Source: Hydrolagus colliei
Lineage: Eukaryota
DNA length: 64,000 nucleotides
Assembly (NCBI GenBank): GCA_035084275.1
Contig: CM068771.1
Span: forward strand, 1,178,001-1,242,000
Direction: 5' to 3'
Under the pieces are notes generated by a model. That model was not told the DNA's origin. It made no database searches and saw only the letters and a list, made by a program, of their open reading frames with translations. This document shows positions 1 to 11,192 of this stretch, one piece after another; position 1 is the stretch's first letter, and every line of letters begins with the position of its first letter. Position numbers and translations under genes: made by a program.

Positions 1-400
1 GACAGGAACCACTCAAGGACAGAACCTTGAAGGTTGAGGTGGGAGAGGATTATGCTCCACAGTGTTGAAAGCGGTGGATAGGTCGAGGAGGATAAAGAGG
101 CAGAGTGAGCACTGTTTACAGATATCGTTAGGGACCTTGATCAGGGCTGTGGAAAGCATTGAAACCTGATTGGAGGGGCCCGAGGAGGGAACGGGATGAG
201 GAAAATGAGTCGTTGGGAGGCATCGACTCTTTGAAGCTCCTTTGACAGGAAAGGGAGGTTGGAGATGGGCCTTTAGCTTGTGAGCTGCGATGCCTCAAGG
301 GAGGGTTTTTTGAGGATGGGGATGGTGGTGGCTCTTTTGACTGGCAATGATTTCGGATGCAAGGTACAAACTCTCTACTCACATCTCAGCAGTTCTGGCC
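1..400 (-). mobile_element. L2-clade LINE ORF2/RT fragment, degenerate
   Basis: Minus strand reads like the L2 RT segment 'ILLDLSTAF.TV.H'; similar fragments recur across the window. Confidence 0.5.
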
Positions 401-2871
401 AGACTCCATTGGCTCACTAATGCCAAACCGATCGACTTGAAACATCCACTCACTCCCTGACATCCCAACATCAGCCTCCTGTTCATCCCTGGCACGCTCT
501 GCACTAGCATCAGAGGTTGAACTTTCGGCTCTGATGCTTCAAAACACTGTAAAACTTTTTCCTCAAATCATCCACCTTGTCTCCTATCCATGTTTTCAAT
601 TCCTGAAAATCTACCTCTTCAAAAATGCTTATGACCAGCTCCCCCATGCACACCTCGGAGGCAGGTTAAGCCATTGTTAAAATCCGTGAGATGCTAGCCG
701 GAATGGAGGGCATTATATAAGTGGGATTTGTTTCTGTTGTTGTAAGCTGCAGAAGTATTTTGGGATAATAATAATATAACAATCATTGCGATTGATATAG
801 CAATGTATCACTTCATTGACATATATCAAAATGTTCACCAATAAATGTGGAGAAGAGTTCCTACTTACGTCTGGCAAACAAACGCAGGTAGTGTCAAGAA
901 CCTCCTCCTTGACCATCCCTTCATCTACTCACCTAAGTATCCTGATTTCTGTCCTCCGTGACCTTAACCCCCTGCTCGGGGCCAAATCCCTGACCATCCA
1001 ACATCGTGGATAATCTCCCAGCATGAGAGGTATAAGACACATATTATTTTGTATTGTATTTGTAAGTGTGTGGGCAATTCATTACTCTAGTTTACACACA
1101 AATTAACTCTACAATGTATTCTGCAAAGAGCTTTTTGATGTCTTAATGACTTCATAAGGTGCTATATCAAATGCAATGTTGATTGTTATATTATTTGATT
1201 ATTGATCCCCCTCAGTATTTATTGGTGTCATCAGCAAATTGAGATTTGTTACTCTGTACCAGACTCTAAATGAATTATATGGAAATGAGATGTAAATTAT
1301 TGAGTCAATAGAACACCTCAATAAGAAACACTGTTCACTATATTGACCCAAATTGAGTAATTGCATTTAAACGTCTTCATGTTTTCTCCCCTTTATCCAC
1401 CTCACCATCCATTTAGCTGTCTTCCCTATGATCCGAATGGAATACTTCCTCCTACTTGGAAAACCAATGTGACATGTTGCCAGGCGGTGGCAAGGTGTGT
1501 GGCTTTAGCTGTTTAGAATCCAGCAGTTAGCCTAACACACACTCTGAGCTCCCACAAACCTTGGCGCTTTCCAAATGGCACTTAATATTTTTCATTATTA
1601 GGTCAGCATTACACATCCCTCCATGGAGACTGTGTGCATTCCATTCCAGCACTTTTTCTCTGGAATTTCAATGTGTAGATAGGAAGCTTGTGATTTTCAG
1701 TTTGGAGAACCTGAAATGTGGTGATGTTCTTACACTTGTCTTAAGCACATGGCTACTCAACACTAAAAAGCTTGCCAAAGGGTGCTCTCGGCGGTAAGGT
1801 ATGCCATCTTAATTGGTTAGACTCCAAAAGTAACACCAAAGCTCATTTTGTTGGACCCAAGCCTTGAATTTTTCTTTCTTGGCCAATTGCTTTCTGGAAG
1901 AATTTATGTTTGCACATCCAGAGATAGAACTGCAGCCAGTGAGGGATTTCCATGTATTCATGGCAGACATACAAATTCTACCTCTACTGCTAACAGTTGC
2001 CTTGTTAAATTGTTGAGAGGACTCAAAGCACTTCACAAATCATATTGGAAAGTGGAATGATTGTATATTAAGGGCAACTTAAGGGCCAGTTGTGCTCAGT
2101 AGTGCAGATAGAGTGACCATGTTGTCTTATGTTATTGTTTGGAAGGTTGGTACCTTGGAAAATCCATTCCCCAATTGACGGTCTAACAGGTTCCATCGTA
2201 CGGCTATGATTGAGGTGTTAAGAGACTTGCTGAAGGCTTTGACCTGCTTGGAAATCAAACCAGGTGCCTCTAGCTTGTGAGGTATGTGTGCTAACTATGA
2301 TCCAATGAGACTCCGCAATAAAGGTTGCTCCAGATAAAGAAGTAGCTCATGAGAAGTTCAGAGCAATAGTGAGGTCCTGGGGCGTGAAAAGATTAGGAAG
2401 TGAAATACTCTGGTAAATTCATACTTTTCTGGTATGTATTCTCCCCAACCCATTAAAATTTGCCTCTACTGTGCTGCTTCCCATCTCCGGCTTATCCCTC
2501 ATGATCTGTGCTCTACCATCCCATGCTTTCAAGCACCAAACTCTGCAACTCTGCAATTCCCTCATTTGATCCCTCCACCCAGCTCCTCACTTCCCCATTT
2601 TCAAATCTGGCCTAAAGATCTGTCTTTATGATGAAGCTTATGGACACGTCCACCTGAATCAGTGATAGACACCGCTACTGTCAATCAACCTAGGATGGTA
2701 CTCCATATAAAATATGCTTTTTAACTGTATGTTGTTGATCATGTAACAGCCACTAAACTCGAAGCAGTGGAACTCTAATACTTAATCCCATAATAACTGA
2801 TCCTGTCCTTCTACTGTTTTAGCTGTGCATGAAGATCACAGTGTGAAAGCAAGTTGTTGTTGTTGTTACAG

Positions 2872-3773
2872 TGAACTTGTTGTCCATAACAGTGCTGTGC
2901 CGAGGGCAGTGTGGGCTGAGTCAGTCCGTCACTCTGTATCTGGTGGCGATGGCGGGGGCAGACCTGCTGGTCCTGATCATCGACGTTATCCTCAACCGTA
3001 TCAACAACATGTACTTCCCAATCAGCTTCCTGCAGCTCACACCAATGTGTCGTGCCCGTGTGTGCCTGCTGTCTGCCTGCACCGATGCCTCGGTCTGGCT
3101 CACCGTGACCTTCACCCTCGATCGCTTTGTGGCCATCTGCTGCCCCAGCCTCAAGCTTCGCTTCTGCACAGAGAGGAGCGCGTCCTACATCATCGGAACA
3201 GTCGCTACAGTTTGCCTCCTGAAGAACATCCCCTGGTACTTTGTCTTTGTGCCCATGGTAGTATTGGGGAACCAGCCATACTTCTGCGTTAGCATGCCAT
3301 CGTTCTATGATTCGGCAGCTTGGAGCCGATTTCTGGCAGCTCATCGTATGCTCACACCACTTGTACCCATGCTGCTGATCATTGTCCTCAATTCCATCAC
3401 TGTCAGGCATATCCTGGTGAGTGGTCGAGCAAGGAAGAGGCTGCTGGCAGGTGGATTGGGAGGAGGCCGTGGGGAGGAGGACCCAGAGATGCAGAGCCGC
3501 AGAAGGTCCATTGTTCTGCTGTTCGCCATCTCTGGCAGCTTTGTCCTCCTGTGGCTGACGTACATTGTTCACTTCCTGTTCTGGCCCACGGTCACCTACA
3601 ACAGCAATACAGAAGGAGCGAACGATAGTGTGTACATCCTGCAGGAGTCGGGTGCAATGCTGCAGATCCTCAGCACCTGCACAAACACTGCCATTTATGC
3701 TCTGACACAGACACGCTTCCGAGAGCAAATCCATGCCGTGCTCACCATTCCCTGCCGGCTATTCTGTAAATAA
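2872..3773 (+). CDS. GPR139/GPR142-like class A GPCR (locus g1), large coding exon 2; exon 1 not found in window
   Basis: Acceptor (ttg)n-ttacag|TG AAC (phase 1); 902-nt open exon with ADLLV (TM2), SVWLTVTFTLDRFVAICCP (TM3), FVLLWLT (TM6), STCTNTAIY (TM7). Confidence 0.88.
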
Positions 3774-4152
3774 AGCCCTCGGCATTTCTGATACCTTCTC
3801 TGTTTGAATGTGTTTGTTTCCAAATATCTTCATGCACTGGCATCCCTCTAGCTGGTTAGACACCATCCTTCCAAATAAGCAAAAAAATAACACCTATGCA
3901 TCAGGTCAGGTGTTTGACACATGGATCTCGAAGAACATTAGCCACAGATGTGTAAAATCCATAACTTGGGGGGACCCCGGTCTACGCATTGTGGTAATTG
4001 CTGGAGTTTAAGCAGCTGAATTGTCACACCTTGCTGCTGAGAACAGTGTCTGGCAAGCTTTCCTGGTACAAGTCCAGATAGGACCACCCTACCTGCCAAG
4101 GCTTTGACTGCAATGTTAACAATAATAAGCATTACATTTGATATAGCCCCTT

Positions 4153-4471
4153 GTGGAGCTCCAGTAGAGGGGTTAGAGAACTTGCATTACAAGCATGAAA
4201 CCTGTAATGTTTCACAGGTTTGAAATCAGGGTAAAACCTTGGGCAAGTTTCCTTATTCCACATGTCTAATAATACTCCGTCAAAAAGAACACAATAATAA
4301 TGTTGGTCATTTCAATCCGTGACTGTTCGTGAGACACTACTGTGTGCAATTGCCGGCCATGTTTTGCTCACAAATATACAGTCAATTCATTTTACAGTAT
4401 GTAAAGTGCTTTCAGACGTCGATAAAATGTGAAAAGCGCTATACAAATACAAGGATTATTATTATTATTAT
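4153..4471 (+). mobile_element. tRNA-derived SINE (Deu-domain-like core, L2-like 3' tail)
   Basis: Degenerate A/B-box head, 'ccttgggcaagtttcctta' core, 'aagcgctat...caaggattattatt' tail shared with many copies. Confidence 0.8.
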
Positions 4472-4479
4472 TGTAGCAA

Positions 4480-4800
4480 TAAGGGTCGGGGTAGGGACAG
4501 GGGTATGGAAGTAGTAAATGGAGGAGAGTTAATGTCTTGAAGATGAAGAGGAAGGTGGACTTGAACAAGGAAAGGGAGGAAACAAGGTGAAGCAATTGCA
4601 GGATGGAGCTCCAGAGTGTGGGGACAGAGAGGCTGAAAGCCTAGCCACTGATGGTAGAGCAGTTTGGGCAGAGGACGTGGAGCATGACAGAGCCTACTGA
4701 ATGGAATGATGGGCAGGCTGATAGGGAGATAGCAGGTCAGAGAGATAGGTGGGGGCAAGGCCGTGAATGGTCTTGAAATTGAGGATGAGGATCTTGAAAC
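4480..4800 (-). mobile_element. L2 LINE 3' region fragment
   Basis: Reverse complement of the 'ttcaagatcctc...gctttcagc...ctggaactc' block seen in other L2 remnants here. Confidence 0.6.
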
Positions 4801-4907
4801 ATGGTGGATGAATCATATACATTAAAGAATCCATACAATTCATACAATACAAAAAATACAACATATATACAATCCATACAATATAACAAAAAGAAGATTG
4901 GATACCA

Positions 4908-6745
4908 ATTTTTTTACCAACATATTAAGAGTAAAAGGTTGGTCAACGATTGGGTGGGGCCAATTAGGGACCTAGGAGGAAATCTCATTGTGGAGGCAGA
5001 GGGCATGGCTGATGTACTGAATGAGTACTTCACCTCTGTCTTCACAAAAGAAAAGGATACAGCCAATGCCATGGTATTGGAGGAGAGGGTAGGAGAAATG
5101 GATAGAATAATTATAACCAGAGAGGAAGTTCTAAAAAGGTTGACGTCGCTCAAGGTGGATAAGTCACCTGGTCCGGATGGGATGCACCCTAGGTTACTAA
5201 GGGAGGCACGGGAGCAAATAGCAGGGACTCTGGCCACGATCTTCCAATCTTCCTTGGACACAGGGGTCGTGCCAGAGGACTGGAGGATAGCTAATGTTAC
5301 TCCCTTGTATACAAAGGGGCAGAAGGACAAGCCTGGTAACTACAGACCAGTCAGTCTAACGTCGGTAGTGGGCAAACTTCTAGAGTCCATAATCAGGGAC
5401 AAGGTAGATCTTCACTTAGAAAGATAGAGGCTAATAAAGGACAGTCAACATGGATTTGTTAAAGGCAAATCTTGCCTTACAAATCTGATAGAATTTTTTG
5501 ATGAGGTAACGGAATGGGTGGATAATGGTAGCGCAGTTGATGTAGTTTACATGGACTTTCAAAAGGCATTTGACAAAGTGCCACATGAGAGACTTATTAT
5601 GAAATTAAAGGCCCATGGCGTAAAAGGGACAGTGGCAGCGTGGATCCACAACTGGCTGCGAGACAGAAAGCAGAGAGTTGTAGTGAGCGGCTGTTTTTCA
5701 GACTGGAGGGAAGTGAGCAGTGGTGTGCCACAGGGATCAGTTTTGGAACCATTGCTGTTTGTAATCTACATCTATGATCTGGACTTGGGTGTACGGAGTA
5801 CAGTTTCTAAGTTTGCAGATGACACTAAGTTAGGGAGAATAGTAAATAGTGAGGAGGATAGTAGCCATCTGCAAGAGGATATAGACAAATTGGTAAAGTG
5901 GGCAGACACATGGCAGATGAAGTTTAATGCAGAGAAGTGTGAGGTGATGCATTTTGGGAGAAGAAATGAAGGGAGGCAATATAGGCTAGATAGTACAATT
6001 TTCAATGGTGTGAAGGAACAGAGAGACCTGGGGATTTGTGTTAGTGACTCGTTGAAGGTGGCAGGACAGGTAGACAAGGCTGTTAAGAAGGCATATGGGA
6101 TACTAGGCTTTATAAATAGGGGTATAGAGTACAAAAGTCAGGAAGTGCTGACTAACCTCTATAGGACTTTGGTGAGTCCTTAGCTGGAATACTGTGTTCA
6201 ATTCTGGTCACCAAACTACAGAAAGGATGTGAAGACATTGGAAATGGTACAAAGAAGATTTACTAGGATGGTGCCAGGATTGAGGGACTTCAGCTATGAG
6301 GAGAGGCTAGATAGGCTAGGGTTATTCTCTCTGGAGCAGAGAAGATTGAGGGGAGACCTAATAGAGGTTTATAAGATCATGAGGGGTTTCGACAGGGCAA
6401 ATAGAGAAAAACTATTTCCAATCGTGGGCGAATCTGTGACTCGTGGTCACAGATTTAAAATAGTTTCAAGGCGAAGTAGAGGGGAGCTGAGGAGAAATTT
6501 TTTCACTCAGCGAGTTGTTCGAATCTGGAATGCATTGCCTGAAAAGGTGGTGGAGGCTGATTCGATAACAACTTTTAAAAGCGAATTAGATCTTTATTTA
6601 GGGAGAACAGGTCTATTAGGCTATGGGGAGCGGGCAGGGCAGTGGGATTGAATCACTGTTTTCAAAGAGCCGGCACAGACTAGATGGGCCGAATGGCCTC
6701 CTTTTGTGCTGTAAAATTCTATGAATCTATGAATCTGTGAATCTA
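4908..6745 (+). mobile_element. 5'-truncated CR1-clade LINE (RT domain, C-terminus and 3' UTR)
   Basis: ORFs at 4801/5518/6229 share one frame, broken by TAGs at 5425 and 6181; motifs KSPGPDGMHPR, NYRPVSLTS, DFQKAFDKVPH, GVPQGSVL, KFADDTKL; ends in a (GAATCTAT)n tail. Confidence 0.93.
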
Positions 6746-7769
6746 AAAAACCACAACAACAATACAACGTGCAATTATATAGCACACTTTATACGAGGTA
6801 GCGTTCCAATTAAAATGAAATGTTAATCACAGATAAAAATATACACCATAAAATTCAAAAATGAATTATCTACATTACTGTGGCTGTTGGTGGGACATTG
6901 CTGTGACAGCTGTGCTGCCTTGTTTGTTGGCAAATAACCAATACAATAATTATTATTTTTAGTTTTTGAGCCAGTGACCGCCTTTTGTGAATGATTCTAA
7001 CACTGAGCTATGTCCCATCCACCAACTAAACATTCCGCAGTGACACTAATGTATCAGCAACATTATCCTGTCAATGCCACAACTGAAATCCTCTTGATTA
7101 TTTTTAATTATTAATTTTTATCCATACTTTTATTTAATAAGAATTTTTGTTTTGGACATAATGCACAAACATGTGAGTCAGATGATTGTGGGTTGAAGAC
7201 ACACATCGAGACTTGGAATTACACAGTCTAACGTGACAAACTGCTGTGCCGCCCTGGATATATCACATTGTTGTTGGATGTACTCTTTGGCTGAGAGGTT
7301 AAAACGGTTCAGTTCTTCCTGTTCACTTGGAGGTAAAGGATCACATGGCATTGTTCAAAACAAAACTGAGCTTCTTTAAATACACTGTCACAACAACTGT
7401 CAGATAAAAAATGTCTTGGATTTGCTTTGACAACACATTGTCACACTATATGAGAGAAAGAGACAGAGAGAGAGACAGACAGACAGATATATGGAGAAAG
7501 AGAATGAGAAACTGATGGAGAGCTACACACTGAGAGAGAGATTAGGAGTGAAATACTGATGGAGAGATGATATCTATTTTCTATTCACAAAACCATAATA
7601 TGTAAGTGTACTGTACTTAGTTTCTAAATAATTGATTTTAAAATGAGTATACAGTCTGTGTTGTGATGTTGATCTTGAGTGCAGGATAAAACGGGATAAC
7701 AATTTAAATTTAAACACAATAATTGGAAGTAGTATTTCAGTCAGGACTGACATTTCTTTGTAGAACATG

Positions 7770-7859
7770 GACCATGTGGCCTAATGGATAAGGCGTCTGA
7801 CTTTGGACAACTTGTCTAAAGCCATCAGAACATTGCAGGTTCGAGGCCTGCCATGATCT
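7770..7859 (+). pseudogene. Intron-containing tRNA-Arg-body gene with anticodon changed to TTG; probable pseudogene
   Basis: Paralog of 18871-18959; anticodon TTG at 7803-7805, 17-nt intron 7807-7823, B-box GGTTCGAGGCC, acceptor-stem mismatch. Confidence 0.8.
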
Positions 7860-8843
7860 CGGAGATATATTTATTGTGAAGTTTGTATATTGTAAATCGG
7901 TAATTTGTGTTTTGTCTGACATACGTGTTGCTGTGCAAACAATTAACTAGATGGTGGTGCTGATCACACCACTGTTGCTGTTTTCTCCGGCTAATAATGC
8001 CATTGTCATTGCATATTAATAGCATCCTGTCAATGACCCAACTGAAATCCTCTTGACCAGTTTCTTCCTTCACCAAATGATATTCTCTCATTGATTATTC
8101 CAAGTCTTTACTCACCAGCAGTGGCTTACTGATGATCGGCTGCTTCTTAGATACAAAAACAACAAATGGGGAAGTCCCGAAAATAGGCAACAAGAACAAC
8201 ACTTTTGCATTAATATAGCTCCTCCCTTTCTAACAACCTCAACTGCGCCTGTCCCTTGCATATCGCTCTGGAAAATACCCTGCAACAAAACACAGCCTTT
8301 GATGCGCTCTGAGACGCCGTCCAGCATGGAGGGCGCTATATAATTTGAAGTGACAAAAAAAGCCTCACCCTCATCATGGTGAGTTGACCACACTCCACTG
8401 CTTCTCTGATCATACCCCACCCTGGCCCCCAGCCCCACCCAACCCACCCACAACCCACCCCACCCACGCCCCCCAGCACCACAGCCCCACCCCATCCCTG
8501 CCCTCCCATCCCCCAGGGACCTTTCCATTTTCCATCATGCAATGGGTTAATCAAATACTTTATTTGGCTGTCAGGAAAGAGACAAACAGTTAATGGCAGG
8601 TTCTGTGTTCCTAAGGGATGAGACTGGAAGCACCAAATAATCCTCATCCAATCCAATTTTGTAATTTTGGTCATCCCGAGGACCCTCAGTGGATTAAAAT
8701 TCCACTGAAAATCCTACATTCGCTGCAGTCGATTTGAGCTGCCGAACATCTGTGATGAATCCCTGTAAGGCATCCTCCTAACAAGCAACAATGACAACAA
8801 AATTACAATGACGACAAAATTACACTCCACAAAATTATTTTGT

Positions 8844-9190
8844 GGAGCTCCTGTGGCTCAGTGGTTAGAGCACTTGTCTTGCAAGCTGGGGAGACCAAGC
8901 TGGGGAGACCTGTGTTCGAATCCAGGCAGGTCAGGGCGAAACCTTGGGCAAGTTTCCTTACCCCACATGCCTAATAATAATCCCTCCAAAAAAATCACAA
9001 TAATAAAATTGGTCATTTCAATCCACAATTGTGTGTGGGACACTGCTGTGCGCAATTGGCTGCCACGATTCACCCATAAAATATATACAGTCAATTCACT
9101 TTACAGTATATTCTGTGAAGCGCTTTGGGACGTTGATAAAATGTGTAAAGCGCTATATCAAATACAAGGATTATTATTATTATTATTATT
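8844..9190 (+). mobile_element. Full-length tRNA-derived SINE (young subfamily)
   Basis: A box TGGCTCAGTGG, B box GTTCGAATCC, core, (TTA)n tail; highly similar to 31069-31418. Confidence 0.9.
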
Positions 9191-9392
9191 ACTTATAGAG
9201 CGCCTTTCACATCGAGAGGACGTCCCAAGGTGCTAAACATAAAGGACAATATACAAATCTAAACTGTTGTCAGCATAGAGTTGGTATAAAATTGCCAATA
9301 GTAGCGATTGCATGCTGAAAAGGGTTTAATTTAGAAATTAACTGTTGGTAGTTTTTTCTTTAATACAAGAGGAAACACTGAACTATACAAGA

Positions 9393-9465
9393 ACTGAAAT
9401 AGCTCAGTTGGGAGAGCGTTAGACTGAAGATCTAAAGGTCCCTGGTTCAATCCTGGGTTTTGGCA
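9393..9465 (+). tRNA. tRNA-Phe-GAA: tRNA-Phe(GAA), degenerate copy (possible pseudogene)
   Basis: Matches vertebrate Phe-GAA but has G1>A and several CpG>TpG changes in the acceptor and T stems; followed by TTTTT. Confidence 0.75.
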
Positions 9466-9710
9466 TTTTTGTTCAGTTTGACTGTAACTCACAGCCTCGA
9501 TATTCCCCAAATCTGTCCTGTATGAGCAGCCATGATCGTTTGGAATGAGCAACATCTGTATTTATTTGTTCTAAATTTTGTTTAATTTGGTTAACTACTG
9601 TAGAGTTTTTGGATGGTGCAACCATAGGTAAAATATTACAGAGGCAATGGATAAATCAAAGGGTTGATTTATTAATCATAGGATGGTTATTGAATAGTTG
9701 CAACTATACA

Positions 9711-10120
9711 TCATAGAATCATAGAATGTTACAGCACAGAAGGAGGCCATTCGGCCCATCGAGTCTGTGCCTGCTCTTTGACTGAGCAAGTCACTTTCAT
9801 TAACCCCAATCACCAGCTTTCTCCCCGTAACCCTGCAAACCCATCTTCCCCGGATACCTATCTAGTTCTATCTTAAAAGCTGCTATCGAATCGGACCTCA
9901 CTACCCTTTCAGGCAGATCATTCCAAATTTGAACAACTTGCTGAGTAAAAAAAAATATTCTAACCTCCCCTCTGCTTCTTTTGGTAGATATCTTAAGATG
10001 GTGACTATGGGTCACAGACACACTTACCAGAGGAAACAATTTTCCTTATCTAGCCTGTCGAAACCGTTCATGATCTTGAAGACTTCTATCAGATACCCGC
10101 GTAACCTTCTCTGCTCTACA
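9711..10120 (-). mobile_element. CR1 LINE 3' end
   Basis: Minus ORF 'RGEVRIFFFTQQVVQIWNDLPE' resembles the C-terminus of the 4908-6745 element; (TTCTATGA)n tail. Confidence 0.85.
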
Positions 10121-11102
10121 AAACTGCACTGTATCTTACAACTGCAGAACCTAATTCAGGGCTCCAATAATCCTAAATAAACCAATAATCCTTTGGCTAA
10201 TTATTTAACCATGAACCCACATGGATATGGGATACAGTATCTCACGGATACTGTTTGAACAGTGTCACAGTGGTATCCCAATGGTGTCCAAATTCTTAAC
10301 ATTTGTTTTGATCTCTTATACTCCAAAGTTTGGACATATGTTGATGAAATATGGTGTAGCCAGAGGCCATTCTACCCAATCAAAGTTCACACTTTGATTG
10401 TTCATTCACATTCCTGAACTGATCCGTCCAATCATCTTTCCACAAATGGGAGGCCGCAGGGTTTATCAGGGTTTTAATCTCAGGAAGTTGGAGTTTTTCT
10501 GTTTCCATAGGTGAAGAGATCGATTCGACAGTTAATTGTTATTTTTTGATCTTCACATCATAAAATTAAGTTAACTTGAAGCTACATATTTCTGTTTTTG
10601 TGAATGTTGACATTTAGGTCTTCTTCGTTGATCATAGCATCTCTTACATCAACACAATGTCCATTTGATTGACTTGAAAAAGATTGTTAGCCACCATCCT
10701 TCCAAATAAGGAAAGAAATAACACCCGTCCATCATGTCCTCATAAACACAAGCACAAAACTCACAAACACAGACCTCACTTCATTTGGTCCAAACGCTCT
10801 GTCTCACATTTCTTAAGATCACTCAAGATTGTCCCAGTTCTTACATACACTTTGGGCTATCAAATAATAATTTGAATAAAGATTTTAAAGCTCTTTGTAC
10901 AGTCCCTTCAAGCTCTTCTTACATGACAAACTGGGTGCTCCTGACATGCTGTCAGTAATTCAAGAGAACTGTTAGATTATTTGCCTGGCAATTGGATTTC
11001 AAGATCATGATCAACTCTAATAAATGTGTTGTAAATGAACGAAGATCCCTTCAGTTTGTATTGCCAAATCACTTGTTGAAATTTCAGGTATTTGATGTAT
11101 GT

Positions 11103-11192
11103 GGCTCGTTGGTCTAGGGGTATGATTCTCGCTTTGGGGTTGCAACTAAATAAACATGCGAGAGGTCCCGGGTTCAAATCCCGGATGAGCCC
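11103..11192 (+). tRNA. tRNA-Pro-TGG: tRNA-Pro(TGG) with 18-nt intron (11139-11156)
   Basis: 72-nt vertebrate Pro body GGCTCGTTGGTCTAGGGGTATGATTCTCGCTTTGGG|TGCGAGAGGTCCCGGGTTCAAATCCCGGATGAGCCC split after G37. Confidence 0.9.

Noticed and set aside
2811-3734. 307-aa antisense ORF over g1, and similar shadow ORFs over the other GPCR exons
   Set aside because: By-product of codon bias on the opposite strand of a real coding exon; no recognisable motifs
8410-8520. C-rich tract with G-quadruplex potential on the minus strand
   Set aside because: Low-complexity sequence among repeat remnants; no linked gene feature
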